Assembly (NCBI GenBank): GCA_943354605.1
Contig: CALRCK010000001.1
Span: 148,936 to 212,935 of the forward strand
Direction of reading: 5' to 3'
From: Candidatus Uhrbacteria bacterium
GTDB taxonomy: Bacteria > Patescibacteriota > Patescibacteriia > UBA9934
DNA length: 64,000 nucleotides
The position numbers were made by a program, and so were the translations under genes. Of this stretch, positions 19,448-29,771 are shown in pieces. Within the stretch, counting starts at the first letter, position 1, and each line of letters opens with the position of its first letter. The notes under the pieces are model-generated. The model searched no databases, was not told the origin of the DNA, and worked only from the letters and a program-made list of their open reading frames with translations.

Positions 19448-20077
19448 CTAGTGGTGCCCGCCGCCTCCGCCGCTCGGTTTGGGTGCAGCGTGGCCACCCT
19501 TCCCGCCGCTCAGCGCGAAGGCGCCGAAAGCGAAGAAGATTCCCCAGCACGCCTCTTTGGTGAGGAGGTGGTTGAGGCCCCAATACATCAGGCTTTCCGG
19601 GATGGCCCAGAACACCAGGTGCACCAGGGAGCCGACCACCCAGCCGAAGGGGTGCTGGGAGAACGGACACCCGCTCATCTTCTGCGGGATCGAGATCACA
19701 TCGCCACCGAAGTGGCAGAGGCTGTCCCAGATGCCGTAGAAGAAGTTCGCGAAGCCGATCAGGACGTACCAGACGACTCCCAGGTATCCGCTGTGGAAGT
19801 CGATGGTGTTCGCGGGGTTGTGGAGGTACGCGCTGCCGACCACTGCCACGATGACGAACGTCGCGAGCACTTTGTGGTGCCAGGCGAAGCCGACGAGGAG
19901 GAACGGGAGGCGGACGATCCACCAGATGATGCGGAAGGGGAGAGAGAAGAGCCAGAACAGGGACGTGAGCACGAGAAACTCCGGGAACGAGAAGAAATGG
20001 AAGGTTAAGAAGGGCTCCAGAGGAAACAACGAGTGTTGCGCCTTCTGGTGCCGGCCGATGCTCCGCGTGGGGAACAT
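19448..20077 (-). CDS. GC-rich orphan membrane protein (start uncertain)
   Basis: Several hydrophobic Trp/Phe-rich helices; Gly/His-rich C-terminus. Confidence 0.55.
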   Translation of the reverse strand: MFPTRSIGRHQKAQHSLFPLEPFLTFHFFSFPEFLVLTSLFWLFSLPFRIIWWIVRLPFLLVGFAWHHKVLATFVIVAVVGSAYLHNPANTIDFHSGYLGVVWYVLIGFANFFYGIWDSLCHFGGDVISIPQKMSGCPFSQHPFGWVVGSLVHLVFWAIPESLMYWGLNHLLTKEACWGIFFAFGAFALSGGKGGHAAPKPSGGGGGHH

Positions 20078-20108
20078 CGGCCAGTGTCGTTGCTGTCGCG
20101 GGAGGCGA

Positions 20109-20441
20109 TCAGCGGGGGTCGAGGATGAGCGGCCGGCGGGAGCTTGCCAGGCGGCGACGGGCCGGACCGGTCGTGGCGTCATCGATGCTGACGCGGACGA
20201 TCTCCAACAGCTCCCTGGCTTCGAACACCATCCACACACCCGTGCCACCCAGCATCAGGACGATGCAGAGGCCGAGGAGCTCTCCCTGCTCGAAGAGGCG
20301 GAGCTCCGGGTGGCGGATACTACAGATCACCAGCGGGGAGATCGCGACCGCCGCGGCGGTGATGCTCGCCCAGCAGAAGAAGCGGGTCCGGCCGCCGACG
20401 AAGAGGTTGAGGAGTGTGAGGGGAAGGGATTGGAGAACCAT
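20109..20441 (-). CDS. GC-rich orphan membrane protein
   Basis: Two TM segments; TTGACA-17-TATGAT promoter at about 20479-20507. Confidence 0.55.
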   Translation of the reverse strand: MVLQSLPLTLLNLFVGGRTRFFCWASITAAAVAISPLVICSIRHPELRLFEQGELLGLCIVLMLGGTGVWMVFEARELLEIVRVSIDDATTGPARRRLASSRRPLILDPR

Positions 20442-20552
20442 GAGAGCACCGGGGAACGGGTGGAAGGTAACGCGATGTATCATAGCAGAAAAACACCCTT
20501 TTGTCAATGCAAAAAGGCGTTTTTTGTGGCTAATCTTAGCCGGTTTTGTTGT

Positions 20553-21533
20553 TTATAACACTAGCCCCATGTGTGCTTTTGTGAGCTGGATTTTGGTGTT
20601 TGCCTGCGCCGCCGCTTTTTCTGCTCCTTTGGCCAAAATCGCGATGAGCGCGAATTCGTCCACGAGCAATTCAGTCATTTTCTGCTGGATTGGGGAGAGA
20701 AAATCGATCAGCGCGGTTGCGGTGGCGTCTTTGAACGCTTTGTTTCCTTGGCTATCGAATTCTGCTGCGATGTCTGTGATTGATCGGCCGGTGGCGAGCG
20801 AATGAATGGTGAGGAGGTTCTTGAGCCCAGGCCGCGAGTCGTCAGCGGTGATGCCCGGCAGGGAATCGGTGACGGCTGAGCGAATCTTTTTCGCGATGGT
20901 ATCGGCGTCGTCGGTCATCGAAATGTAGTTCTTTGCACTTGCCGCGCTTTTGCTCATTTTCTTCTCCGGATTATCGAGCCCGAGAATGCGCGCGCCTTCG
21001 GATCGGATGATCGGCTTTGGCACCACAAACGTCTCACCAAAATCGCGGTTGAATCGCTCGGCAAGGTCGCGCGTCAGCTCAACGTGTTGCTTCTGATCCT
21101 CACCGACCGGAACAACGTCGGCGTCATGCAAAAGAATATCGGCTGCCATCAAAATGGGGTAGGTAAAGAGACCAACAGAAACGTTTTCCTTTTTTGCCGT
21201 CGCCTTGTCTTTATATTGCGTCATGCGTTCAAGCTCACTCATACGGCCAACGGTCTGCAACAACCATCCCAGCTCGGCATGAGCAGGGACTTGAGACTGT
21301 TGAAAGAGCACAGTCTTCTCTGGATCGATCCCAGCTGCAAGGTACGCCGCGGCAAGGAAGAGAATGTTCTTCCGAAGTTGTGCAGGATCCTGAGGAACCG
21401 TGATGGCGTGCAAATCCACGATCATCATTGTCAGGTCATAGGTTTTCTGCATTTCGACTGCTGGAAGCAGTGCGCCAAAGAGGTTCCCGATGTGCAAAGT
21501 ATTCGTAGGTTGAATTCCGGTGAGTGCTCGCAT
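20553..21533 (-). CDS. trpS: Tryptophanyl-tRNA ligase
   Basis: GIQPT..LHIGN, YPILMAADIL, VPVGEDQ.QH, KMSKS. Confidence 0.97.
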   Translation of the reverse strand: MRALTGIQPTNTLHIGNLFGALLPAVEMQKTYDLTMMIVDLHAITVPQDPAQLRKNILFLAAAYLAAGIDPEKTVLFQQSQVPAHAELGWLLQTVGRMSELERMTQYKDKATAKKENVSVGLFTYPILMAADILLHDADVVPVGEDQKQHVELTRDLAERFNRDFGETFVVPKPIIRSEGARILGLDNPEKKMSKSAASAKNYISMTDDADTIAKKIRSAVTDSLPGITADDSRPGLKNLLTIHSLATGRSITDIAAEFDSQGNKAFKDATATALIDFLSPIQQKMTELLVDEFALIAILAKGAEKAAAQANTKIQLTKAHMGLVL

Positions 21534-21629
21534 ATGCGTTGCAGTGTAGCAGAGGAGAGAGGTAGTCGGTAAGGCGTATTGGGGGTAAAAGTTTGAAAAT
21601 TTGGCCAAAATCTGCTACAATCCTCGCTT

Positions 21630-23015
21630 ATGAATACACGCCTTTTTTCCGGGTTTCTCCTTGCCTTGATTATCGCAAGCCTCGCCCCTGCTCATGTTTT
21701 TGCGTCATCGGCCTGGCCGGCAAGTGCCGGAACGGACATTGGTTTGGTTTCACTTGCGGCAACGGTGCCAGCGTTTGATGCTTCGGGTGTGGCATATGAT
21801 TCCGTGCTTGGAAAACTCATCGGTATTGGCGACGATGGCGACATCATTACGATGAATACCGACGGTTCTGGTGTGACGGCATACACCGTATCAGGGGATC
21901 CCGAAGATGTGGCAATTGCCGCTGAGGGCTCAAATGTCATTTACCTTTCCGACGAAAACGCCGGAACTGTTTCGGCATTCGATCTTGCGACGGGTGCACT
22001 CACTGGAAAATCGTGGACAGTGTCGTCGTACATCACCACGGCGACAAGGCAGGGTATTGAGGCCATGACATTTGTGCCGAATGGATATCATCCCTATGCC
22101 GACAGTACGTCCGGCGGATTGTTTTATGTTGGATCGCAATACAACGGCGATATCGCGGTGCTCGACATCGATACATCCACCAGCGGATCCGTTTCCCTCA
22201 TCGATACCATCGCGACTGGTCGCACCGATCTTTCTGGATTGAATTGGAATAGCGATACGCAAATGCTCTATGCCGCGTACGATGGCTATGACCTTCTTGC
22301 GGAACTGAAGTCCGATGGAACGCTCGTGCATGAATATGCGATGCCAACAGGAATTGATCAGGAAGGAGTAACGGTTATTCCAAACTGTGCTGCTGGAAGC
22401 GCCGATGTGTATGTTGCCGACGACGGCGCACCGAATGTTTGGAAATACACGGGCTACCCAATTGATACAGATACCGTCTACGCCGATGCTGACGGGGATG
22501 GTCTTGGAGATCCTTCGTTAACGGCATCGGTCTGTGTTGGTGGGTCGTTTGCGGGATATGTCTCCAACAGTGACGACACGAATGACACCATTCCAAACGC
22601 GGGCATCGAAATTGGCGGCGACGGAAAGGATAATGATGGTGATGGCGTCGTCGATGAATACAACATGATCGCGTCAAACGGCGCACACCCATATTATTCA
22701 ACGTTGAGCGCGGCAGATACGTCGGCGTATGGTTCAACAATGACCAGTGTGCGCATTGTGCAAAAAACTGGAGCACTGCTCGTGACATTAGGCGACGCAT
22801 CCGTCTATTCGTACACCGTATGGTCTGGTGGATGGCGTGGTCGCCCTTGGATGACAGCAGTAAGCGTGAAAAACTCGGCATACATCCTCGTCTCTTATAA
22901 TTTCTCGTCTCGCCGTATTTATAATGCGTACGACGGAAGTCTTGTCGCTTCGGGTCGTGGATTCATGACAAAAACGAACGCCCAGGTTTGGGCGGCGAGT
23001 GTGCTTGGTCTTTAG
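21630..23015 (+). CDS. Secreted beta-propeller protein (SdiA-regulated-like) with a MopE-like acidic metal-binding repeat
   Basis: Signal peptide; repeated SG/EG.T blades; YADADGDGLGDP...DG.DNDGDG.VDE. Confidence 0.65.
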   Translation: MNTRLFSGFLLALIIASLAPAHVFASSAWPASAGTDIGLVSLAATVPAFDASGVAYDSVLGKLIGIGDDGDIITMNTDGSGVTAYTVSGDPEDVAIAAEGSNVIYLSDENAGTVSAFDLATGALTGKSWTVSSYITTATRQGIEAMTFVPNGYHPYADSTSGGLFYVGSQYNGDIAVLDIDTSTSGSVSLIDTIATGRTDLSGLNWNSDTQMLYAAYDGYDLLAELKSDGTLVHEYAMPTGIDQEGVTVIPNCAAGSADVYVADDGAPNVWKYTGYPIDTDTVYADADGDGLGDPSLTASVCVGGSFAGYVSNSDDTNDTIPNAGIEIGGDGKDNDGDGVVDEYNMIASNGAHPYYSTLSAADTSAYGSTMTSVRIVQKTGALLVTLGDASVYSYTVWSGGWRGRPWMTAVSVKNSAYILVSYNFSSRRIYNAYDGSLVASGRGFMTKTNAQVWAASVLGL

Positions 23016-23049
23016 CAGAAAATGGAGTACAGTGCGCCCTGTTCGCCCT

Positions 23050-23136
23050 GCGGATGTGGCGGAATTGGTATACGCGTAGGTCTCAGAAGCCTATGCCCTT
23101 ACAGGCTTGAGGGTTCGAGTCCCTCCATCCGCACCA
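23050..23136 (+). tRNA. tRNA-Leu(CAG)
   Basis: Cloverleaf with long variable arm, anticodon loop CTCAGAA, encoded CCA. Confidence 0.95.
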
Positions 23137-23137
23137 C

Positions 23138-23260
23138 AAAAACATCGTAATTTCCCCCAAGACGTTGTCACAAAGTTCCGCATCGCCTCACCGTACCGCG
23201 AAGTACGCCTCGGCGATTGCTCGCTTTGTTCCTAGTCTTGAGAAAAATTACGGTGTTTTT
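23138..23260. repeat. ~120-bp palindromic element, diverged copy 2
   Basis: Core CTCACCGTAC..GAAGTACGCCTCG with arms AAAAACATCGTAATTT/AAATTACGGTGTTTTT. Confidence 0.7.
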
Positions 23261-23266
23261 GTCTTT

Positions 23267-25021
23267 TTAAAAGCTCACTTTTGTTTTGCGGTACCAACCT
23301 TCCACGTTGGCGAAGCGGTCGGATGGAGTGGTGACGTTGGCGACCGTTGTTCCGTAAAGCTTTGGACTGAGCGCGTATAAGTACTGTGGTTGGTACAGCA
23401 TGATGGCTGGCTGTTCTTCGGCAAACGTACTTGCAAGAAGTTGTCCGGCCTCCACGGCTTTTGCAGGGTCGGCACTCGTTCGTGCGGTTTCGATAGCAGT
23501 ATCAACTTTTCGGTTTGCGAATCCGCTGAGGTTCAGGCCCGGGTATGTGCTCTGCGATGAATGCCAGAAGGGGTAAAGGTCTGGGTATGCGCCGTATCGT
23601 TCACCGGCAAGCAGCGCGTCAAAATTGTGATTTTTTACGACTTCGTTTTGGAGTGTGGCTTGGTCGACGACTGCGATACTGACATTTGCGCCAATCGCTG
23701 CCCATTCGCGCTGCAGTTCATTGGCGGCGGCGATAAGATCTGGTGAATCGAGTGTTGTGAGGGTGAATGCAAGCTCGGATCCGGATTTTGTGCGAACCGT
23801 TGCACCGTCTGCCATGCTCCAGCCCTTACTTTCAAGGAGACCCTTCGCGCCTTCAATATCGGCGGTCGGGATTGTGGCGGCGCTATCAAATCCAGGCATA
23901 CCTGGAAGAAGTGGGGAAGCGAGTGGTGTTGCGTACGATCCTGTTGACGCCTGTGCAACGAGTGTACGATCCGTGGCAAGAACAAGGGCTTGGCGAACGT
24001 TGTCGTCGGCAAGCACTGCGGACTGCTTTTGATTAAAGAATGTTGCGGTGAATTGTGAGAGCAACGGTGAGCCGAGCGCGATCACACCGTCGTGAGCAAG
24101 GCTTTGTGCGTCCTGCGCAGCAAGCACTGAAGCGCCCTCCACGTTTTTGTTTCGCACGGCGTCAGTAAGCTCTTGGAACCCGTTGTAGAACTTTAACGTG
24201 ATGTCGTTGAGATACACCGTACCGCGATAAAAGTGGGGATTTCGTTCAACGGTGTAGCTTCGGAGTGCGCCTTTGTTGTCTTTGACGAGTTTAGAAAACA
24301 TGAACGGGCCGCTGCCGACTGGCTTGATATTGAGTTGGGCGAGTGGAGCATTTTGTGGTGCAACTTCTTCCCAAAGATGGGCTGGAAGAATGCCAACGGT
24401 GAGCGCAGCAAGGAACGGAGCAAATGGTTCGTCCAACGTGAACACGACGGTGTGTTCGTCTGGTGCTTCCACGGTAGATCCGCTAAAACTCACGGAAAGC
24501 GGGCTATGGTATTCGGGGTTTTGGATTGCGTCGATAGTAAAGAGAACATCGGCGCTCGTCACAAGTTCGCCGTCGTGCCACAGTGCATTGTTGCGAAGCG
24601 TGAACGTGTACGTTTTTTGGTCGTCGGAAACGGTGTAGTTTTCTGCGAGGTCTGGAACAAGACCATGATCCCCATCAAACCGCATGAGGCCTGAGAACAT
24701 GAGGCGGGTGAGGTCGCTGTCTACGTCGCTTCCAATGGCGTAGAGAGGATTAATGTATTGCGGTGAGCCAAGTGCACCTTCGGTATATGATCCGCCAACT
24801 GCAGGAAGGAGCGTTTCATTGGAAAGCCAAAATCGAACGCCGAGGAGCCCGCCGGAAAGCGCACAGACGATGAGCGCACCAGTAAAGAGCTTCCGTTCTT
24901 TTATGGAAAGAAAACGTGGAAGTTCTTTCCATTGCTTCCATGTAGGAAATCGATTGCCACGAAGACCAACGAGCTGCCGAACGGCGACAGTGTTTGCTGA
25001 CGGGGATTGGCGCATTTGCAC
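23267..25021 (-). CDS. Peptide ABC transporter substrate-binding protein (family 5)
   Basis: GG.YTEG..G.P..INP, PDLAE, WHDG..VT..DV.FT, PVGSGPF. Confidence 0.88.
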   Translation of the reverse strand: MQMRQSPSANTVAVRQLVGLRGNRFPTWKQWKELPRFLSIKERKLFTGALIVCALSGGLLGVRFWLSNETLLPAVGGSYTEGALGSPQYINPLYAIGSDVDSDLTRLMFSGLMRFDGDHGLVPDLAENYTVSDDQKTYTFTLRNNALWHDGELVTSADVLFTIDAIQNPEYHSPLSVSFSGSTVEAPDEHTVVFTLDEPFAPFLAALTVGILPAHLWEEVAPQNAPLAQLNIKPVGSGPFMFSKLVKDNKGALRSYTVERNPHFYRGTVYLNDITLKFYNGFQELTDAVRNKNVEGASVLAAQDAQSLAHDGVIALGSPLLSQFTATFFNQKQSAVLADDNVRQALVLATDRTLVAQASTGSYATPLASPLLPGMPGFDSAATIPTADIEGAKGLLESKGWSMADGATVRTKSGSELAFTLTTLDSPDLIAAANELQREWAAIGANVSIAVVDQATLQNEVVKNHNFDALLAGERYGAYPDLYPFWHSSQSTYPGLNLSGFANRKVDTAIETARTSADPAKAVEAGQLLASTFAEEQPAIMLYQPQYLYALSPKLYGTTVANVTTPSDRFANVEGWYRKTKVSF

Positions 25022-25102
25022 AAAAGAGCGGATCGAGGCGATCCAGCGAGAGCACTTTGCACGAAGAGAGGAAAGAGGAGACGAAATAGTGGATGTGGAC
25101 TA

Positions 25103-25318
25103 TTAGAACGAGAACAGGCTGTTTGCGAGGGCTACTCCAAAGAAGAGCACGGCAAGAACAACCGTAGCGATGTGAAGCTTCTTTTCGATGCCGCGACGGG
25201 TGCGGTAGAAATCTCCGCTACCGCCAAAGGCTAATCCAACGCTTGCTCCGCGTGCCTGGAGAAGGATTGCTGTGGTTAAGAGAATCGCGAGAACAACCTG
25301 AACAATATCGAGAATCAT
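25103..25318 (-). CDS. secG: Preprotein translocase subunit SecG
   Basis: ILLQ.RG..G.AFGG...Y.TRRG.EK.L, two TM helices. Confidence 0.9.
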   Translation of the reverse strand: MILDIVQVVLAILLTTAILLQARGASVGLAFGGSGDFYRTRRGIEKKLHIATVVLAVLFFGVALANSLFSF

Positions 25319-25393
25319 AGTGCGAAAAGCATACCAAATTGGGCCTGTGCCGTAAAGATCGACCCACAATATTATGATATCATTCAGTCAAAT

Positions 25394-26170
25394 ATGGAGG
25401 AGATCGAGGAAATCAATATGCTTCCTACGCAGACCCCGCCGCCGACGAAGCGCCGGTGGTCTCCGGCTCGGATGCTGGGTGCGGTTGGCTTCGTCCTGGT
25501 CCTTTTTTGTGTTTTAGGGTTTTCCTGGAGGGTGTTCTCGTTTTATCGTGACATTCGGAACGGATCAATCAATCCCGCATTGGCATACACCACAACGAAT
25601 TTTACTCGTGCAGTGACCGCATTTGCGGCAAAGGCTGCGGCAAATACCGATGCTGCTTCATTGATCGGGACGAGCGACCCCTCACTGGGAAACAAGAATG
25701 CGAAGATCACCGTCGTGGAATTCGCTGACTTTGGTTGCCCGTATTCGCAAGAAGTCGCCCCAATCGTTCGTGCAATCGCAAAACAATATTCCAGCGACGT
25801 TCGGGTGGTTTTTCGAAACTTTCCCATCGAGGAACTTCATCCTGGTGCAACGATCGCTGCGCAGGCTGGGGGTTGTGCGGCAGAGCAGGGGAATTTTTGG
25901 GAGTATCATGATGCAGTGTTCGCAAGTAAGGAACCGCTTGGTGTGGACATGCTGAGCGGGATTGCGGACACGATTGGTCTGGATGCGGATCAATTCGCGC
26001 GCTGTCTTGATTCCGATTACTACGCTGCCGACGTCACCACTGACGGAACCGATGGCGCTGCGGCAGGCGTAACGGGCACTCCAACATTTTTCTTTAATGG
26101 TCAGAAAGTAGAGGGATCAATTCCTTTTACGATCTTTACCCAAATTCTCGATGCCATGCGTCAAACGTAG
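25394..26170 (+). CDS. DsbA/thioredoxin-fold protein (CPYS active site)
   Basis: VVEFADFGCPYS, FRNFP, GVTGTPTFF.NG. Confidence 0.88.
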   Translation: MEEIEEINMLPTQTPPPTKRRWSPARMLGAVGFVLVLFCVLGFSWRVFSFYRDIRNGSINPALAYTTTNFTRAVTAFAAKAAANTDAASLIGTSDPSLGNKNAKITVVEFADFGCPYSQEVAPIVRAIAKQYSSDVRVVFRNFPIEELHPGATIAAQAGGCAAEQGNFWEYHDAVFASKEPLGVDMLSGIADTIGLDADQFARCLDSDYYAADVTTDGTDGAAAGVTGTPTFFFNGQKVEGSIPFTIFTQILDAMRQT

Positions 26171-27578
26171 TTTTCTCGCCTTCGCCGTTGTGGCGCTCCT
26201 CACCTTTTTCCCAAAGGTGTCGTTTGCGTCGACGACGACGTGTGAATGTTTTTGTGGATCATCTGGCACCGGCGCAGTAGACGCCGATCAGATGACGAAT
26301 AGTGCCTGTCAGCAAACGTGTATCGATACAAATACCCAATTTGTTGGATGCTTCTCTGATCCTCAACAATATCCTGATCGAAATCCAAAGTGCTGGACGC
26401 AAGATCAGTGTGATGCCTGGAGTGGATACAGCGGCGCAACACTGATTGGCGCATCGTGGGCCGGTGGAGACATGCCGTACGACTGCGCAAAGACAAAAAC
26501 CAGTAGCTTACCCCAGAAGTATTGTTACGCAGACGATGCACCATACACGCTGAACGTAGCGATCGGGAACGTGAAGGAGGTCGCGAATCTCCCAACATAC
26601 ATTAATGATATTTATGTATGGCTGTTGCCTGCGGCCTCGCTGGTCGCGGTCGTTATGATGATGATCGGTGGACTGCAATACGTCATGTCGCGTGGAAAGA
26701 GTAAGTATATTGAAAAGGCGAAAACGCGCATCACCAATGCGATCACTGGACTGGTGATGTTGTTGAGTATCTTTGTGCTCTTGAACCTGATCGATCCTCG
26801 TCTTACCGCGCTGAACGCGTTACGGATTCCAATGATTAAGGAGGTGACAATCCTTGATGTGGAGTCGTCCTGTGAACGTCTGACTGATACCGATGTTGGT
26901 TATGATGTGACGTTGAAAACGGGTACCGAAGCGTGTGGCGGAACGGGGACGGTTTCTGGAGCTCCGGTGGAGGGGACGATCGGGTCGTGGAAGGAGGGCG
27001 ATGTGTGTAATTACACAAAATGTACGGGTGCCGATGCTGGAAAGGTTTGTATACGAGATGGCTCGACGAATTCTTGTAAATCTTGCGCAGAAATTCCGAG
27101 CCCGTCAGAATCGAATTGTAAATCGGCGGAAAAGTTTAATGCGGGGTCCGGTGATACGCAAGAATATTGTGAATATGATTCAACACTGAATAGCTGCGTT
27201 ACTGCTGGAACGAATCTTGATACGATGCCGGGTTTTTATTGTGGCGCATTAAAAACTGCCGCAATGGATCCAAAAAAGGATAAAACAAAATGGAAGGGAT
27301 GCGCTGTATATGAGGATCTAGATGCTTGGTATACTGTTGAGCAGGTGGGAGTTGGTGGAAGAAAGTTGTTTCCTACAACGCTGAATACAGCTCAAGGCTC
27401 ATCACTGCTCAAGACAATTTGTAACGATGATAAATGTGAAATTGCAAAGGCCGTCGGCGCTTCAACGTGTAATTACAATATTGGTTCAAAAGATCCCGGA
27501 TATATTAAGGAATTTTTAAGCCTATATTTTTCCTCGGTCTCTCTTGAAACGACCGGATATTTCTGCCACACCTTTTAA
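26151..27578 (+). CDS. Cys-rich protein with a VirB2/TrbC-like pilin module
   Basis: AVVMMMIGG.QY..SRG.....KAK.RI.NAI.GL.......L..I.P flanked by Cys-rich domains. Confidence 0.75.
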   Translation: MPCVKRSFLAFAVVALLTFFPKVSFASTTTCECFCGSSGTGAVDADQMTNSACQQTCIDTNTQFVGCFSDPQQYPDRNPKCWTQDQCDAWSGYSGATLIGASWAGGDMPYDCAKTKTSSLPQKYCYADDAPYTLNVAIGNVKEVANLPTYINDIYVWLLPAASLVAVVMMMIGGLQYVMSRGKSKYIEKAKTRITNAITGLVMLLSIFVLLNLIDPRLTALNALRIPMIKEVTILDVESSCERLTDTDVGYDVTLKTGTEACGGTGTVSGAPVEGTIGSWKEGDVCNYTKCTGADAGKVCIRDGSTNSCKSCAEIPSPSESNCKSAEKFNAGSGDTQEYCEYDSTLNSCVTAGTNLDTMPGFYCGALKTAAMDPKKDKTKWKGCAVYEDLDAWYTVEQVGVGGRKLFPTTLNTAQGSSLLKTICNDDKCEIAKAVGASTCNYNIGSKDPGYIKEFLSLYFSSVSLETTGYFCHTF

Positions 27579-27592
27579 CGTTTCATCAAACA

Positions 27593-27626
27593 CAAAACTC
27601 CGGCTCATTTCTGAGCCGGAGTTTTG
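27593..27626. terminator. Bidirectional terminator between convergent genes
   Basis: CAAAACTCCGGCTCA-tttc-TGAGCCGGAGTTTTG. Confidence 0.8.
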
Positions 27627-27633
27627 ATGTGAC

Positions 27634-28014
27634 TTACGCCTTTTTTACGACGAGTTCGCGGAGCTTGCGGCCGAAGTCTTTCATGAAGTTCAGCTTGCGC
27701 TTTCGAACTTTGTAGCGCTTTACTACTTCGATCTTTACGATAACTGGTGAAGATGTTGGGAAGATCTTTTCTACGCCGAATCCGTTGCTTTCCTTGCGGA
27801 CCACGAAGGACTTTGAGGCGCCAGCACCACGGGTGGACGTGACCAAACCTTCGAAGATCTGGATACGTTCGCGTGGTTCGCCTTTTGCGTTCACGTCTTG
27901 AATTTTCTCGTGAATACGGATCACCATGCCTGTTTCCACAACGGTTGGGGCAACTGCCACAACTTCTGCTGCTGGAGCGGTAGTGATTTCTACTGTTTCG
28001 GTGGTGTCGGTCAT
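27634..28014 (-). CDS. rplS: 50S ribosomal protein L19
   Basis: ERIQIFEG.V, F.VRK.S.G.GVEKIFP..SP, KVR..KL. Confidence 0.95.
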   Translation of the reverse strand: MTDTTETVEITTAPAAEVVAVAPTVVETGMVIRIHEKIQDVNAKGEPRERIQIFEGLVTSTRGAGASKSFVVRKESNGFGVEKIFPTSSPVIVKIEVVKRYKVRKRKLNFMKDFGRKLRELVVKKA

Positions 28015-28067
28015 AGATCGATAGTTCCTAAAAGATGGGCGAAGTGTAGCGGAAAAGCAGTTGAGGG

Positions 28068-28622
28068 TCAAGAATTTTTGGGGAGAGCTGCAATAATAGC
28101 TGCCGCAACATCGGTGGCGGGAATGTGGGTGGTGTCGATGGTAAAGTCGAAATTTTCGCTGTTTTGCAGGGAAATCCCGTACCATTTCTGGTATCTTGCT
28201 ATGGTGTTTGCTAGGCGTTCGTCCATAATTTGCCGTGCCTGTTCTGATGAGGAATACTCCGGCTCATCGTCTCGGCCTTCCTCTGAGCTTCTGGCTTTGA
28301 AGATGCGTTCTGCGGCAATATCGGGGTCTACCGTAAGCTGAACTTTGAACGCGTTCGGGATGAAATACCATGAAAGCCACCCGTCGATAATGAAATTATC
28401 CTCTGTTTCCCCAAGTTTTGTTTGGAATTCGTCTACTTCGCGGTCCGAAGCGATATCGTCCAAACCGAGCGCATTCAGCTCGTCGATCGTAATTCCCTTA
28501 CTCAACGCCATCTTTCCGCGCAAATCACCCATGGAATAGGACTTTAAGCCGAGTTTTTCGGCAAGAAGGTTCTTAATGGTGGTTTTGCCGGCACCAGATA
28601 ATCCAGAGAGGGCGATGATCAT
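28068..28622 (-). CDS. cmk: Cytidylate kinase-like protein (short, archaeal-type family)
   Basis: II.LSG..GAGKTT, S.G...R.MA, R...RY...YGI, D..IDTT. Confidence 0.75.
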   Translation of the reverse strand: MIIALSGLSGAGKTTIKNLLAEKLGLKSYSMGDLRGKMALSKGITIDELNALGLDDIASDREVDEFQTKLGETEDNFIIDGWLSWYFIPNAFKVQLTVDPDIAAERIFKARSSEEGRDDEPEYSSSEQARQIMDERLANTIARYQKWYGISLQNSENFDFTIDTTHIPATDVAAAIIAALPKNS

Positions 28623-28623
28623 A

Positions 28624-29556
28624 CTATTTGTTTATTCTTTGAAGGTGAGGCTCTGAAAGTTTTGTGAGTGCAAGCTCGAGTTCTGGTGGTAATGGGGCTT
28701 CAAACGTCTTTTGTTCCCCATTTGGGAGATTAATGCCAAGTGATCGGGCATGAAGGAATAATCTACCAAGAGGAATCGTTTTTACGCCGCGAATTGTGTA
28801 CAGCTCGTCGCCGGCAACTGGGTGACAAAGGGCAAAGAAGTGAGCGCGGATCTGGTGTGTGCGGCCTGTTTCAATACGAACATCCAAAAGTGTAGCGCTT
28901 GCATAGCGGTGTAGAACGTCGAAATGGGTGATGGCATCTTTGCCTTCTTGCGAGTTTGGTCGTGCTGCCATTCGGGCGTTCGATTGCGAACGGGCAATGG
29001 GGAAGGTGATGGTGTCAGAATCCTCGGTGACATTGCCCATCACGAGTGCGGTGTAGCGTTTTTCGGTGAGGCGTTGCGCGAACTGTGCTTTGAGATGAGC
29101 AAATGCTTCTGGAGTTTTTGCGACAATAACCACGCCGGACGCCAGCTTGTCTAAGCGATGCACAATGCCGGCGCGCGCTTTGTCGTCGCCAACGGCATCC
29201 AGGCCCGGGATGTGGGCGCGAAGAAGATCGAGGAGGGTCGGTTCGGTGCTTGTGGTGGTTGGGTGAACGAGGAGGCCAGCGGGCTTGTTTACCACAAGAA
29301 CATCGGCGTCTTCGTAGAGAATGTTCAGAGGCGCTGGCGGTTTTGCGTTCGGATCGATGACTGGAGCTTTTGGCTCGGCAATTTCGATATTCGAAGCCGA
29401 AGAAACCAATTCGTGGGCATTTGCCTCCGCGCCGTTTACGAGCACGCGGCCGTCGGCGATGATCTTTTGGGCCTTTGAACGGCTCAATCCAAGGACTTCC
29501 GCGAGTGCGATGTCGAGACGTTTTGGTTCAATGCCTGGAATTTCGATGGTTTTCAT
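28624..29556 (-). CDS. rluD: RluA/RluD family pseudouridine synthase
   Basis: S4 domain, VNKPAGL.VHP, GIVHRLDK, TGRTHQIR.H, LHA. Confidence 0.88.
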   Translation of the reverse strand: MKTIEIPGIEPKRLDIALAEVLGLSRSKAQKIIADGRVLVNGAEANAHELVSSASNIEIAEPKAPVIDPNAKPPAPLNILYEDADVLVVNKPAGLLVHPTTTSTEPTLLDLLRAHIPGLDAVGDDKARAGIVHRLDKLASGVVIVAKTPEAFAHLKAQFAQRLTEKRYTALVMGNVTEDSDTITFPIARSQSNARMAARPNSQEGKDAITHFDVLHRYASATLLDVRIETGRTHQIRAHFFALCHPVAGDELYTIRGVKTIPLGRLFLHARSLGINLPNGEQKTFEAPLPPELELALTKLSEPHLQRINK

Positions 29557-29647
29557 GGGCGGAGTATGGCATGGATCAGCCTTTTTTGAAAGCGTTATAC
29601 TTGAGGGAAAGCTCTAGCCGGAGTAGAATTACTGGCATCGAATCGAT

Positions 29648-29770
29648 GAAAAACTATTACGTTTGCCGGATGCTAGGAGCGCCGAGGACCGAAGCGAGGC
29701 GTACTTCATGTGTACGTTGAGCGAGGACCGGAGGCACGACAACGCAGCCGACAAACTTGGATAGTTTTTC
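29648..29770. repeat. ~120-bp palindromic element, copy 3
   Basis: Core CGAGGCGTACTTCATGTGTACGTTGAGCGAG at 29695-29725; arms GAAAAACTAT/ATAGTTTTTC. Confidence 0.8.
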
Positions 29771-29771
29771 T

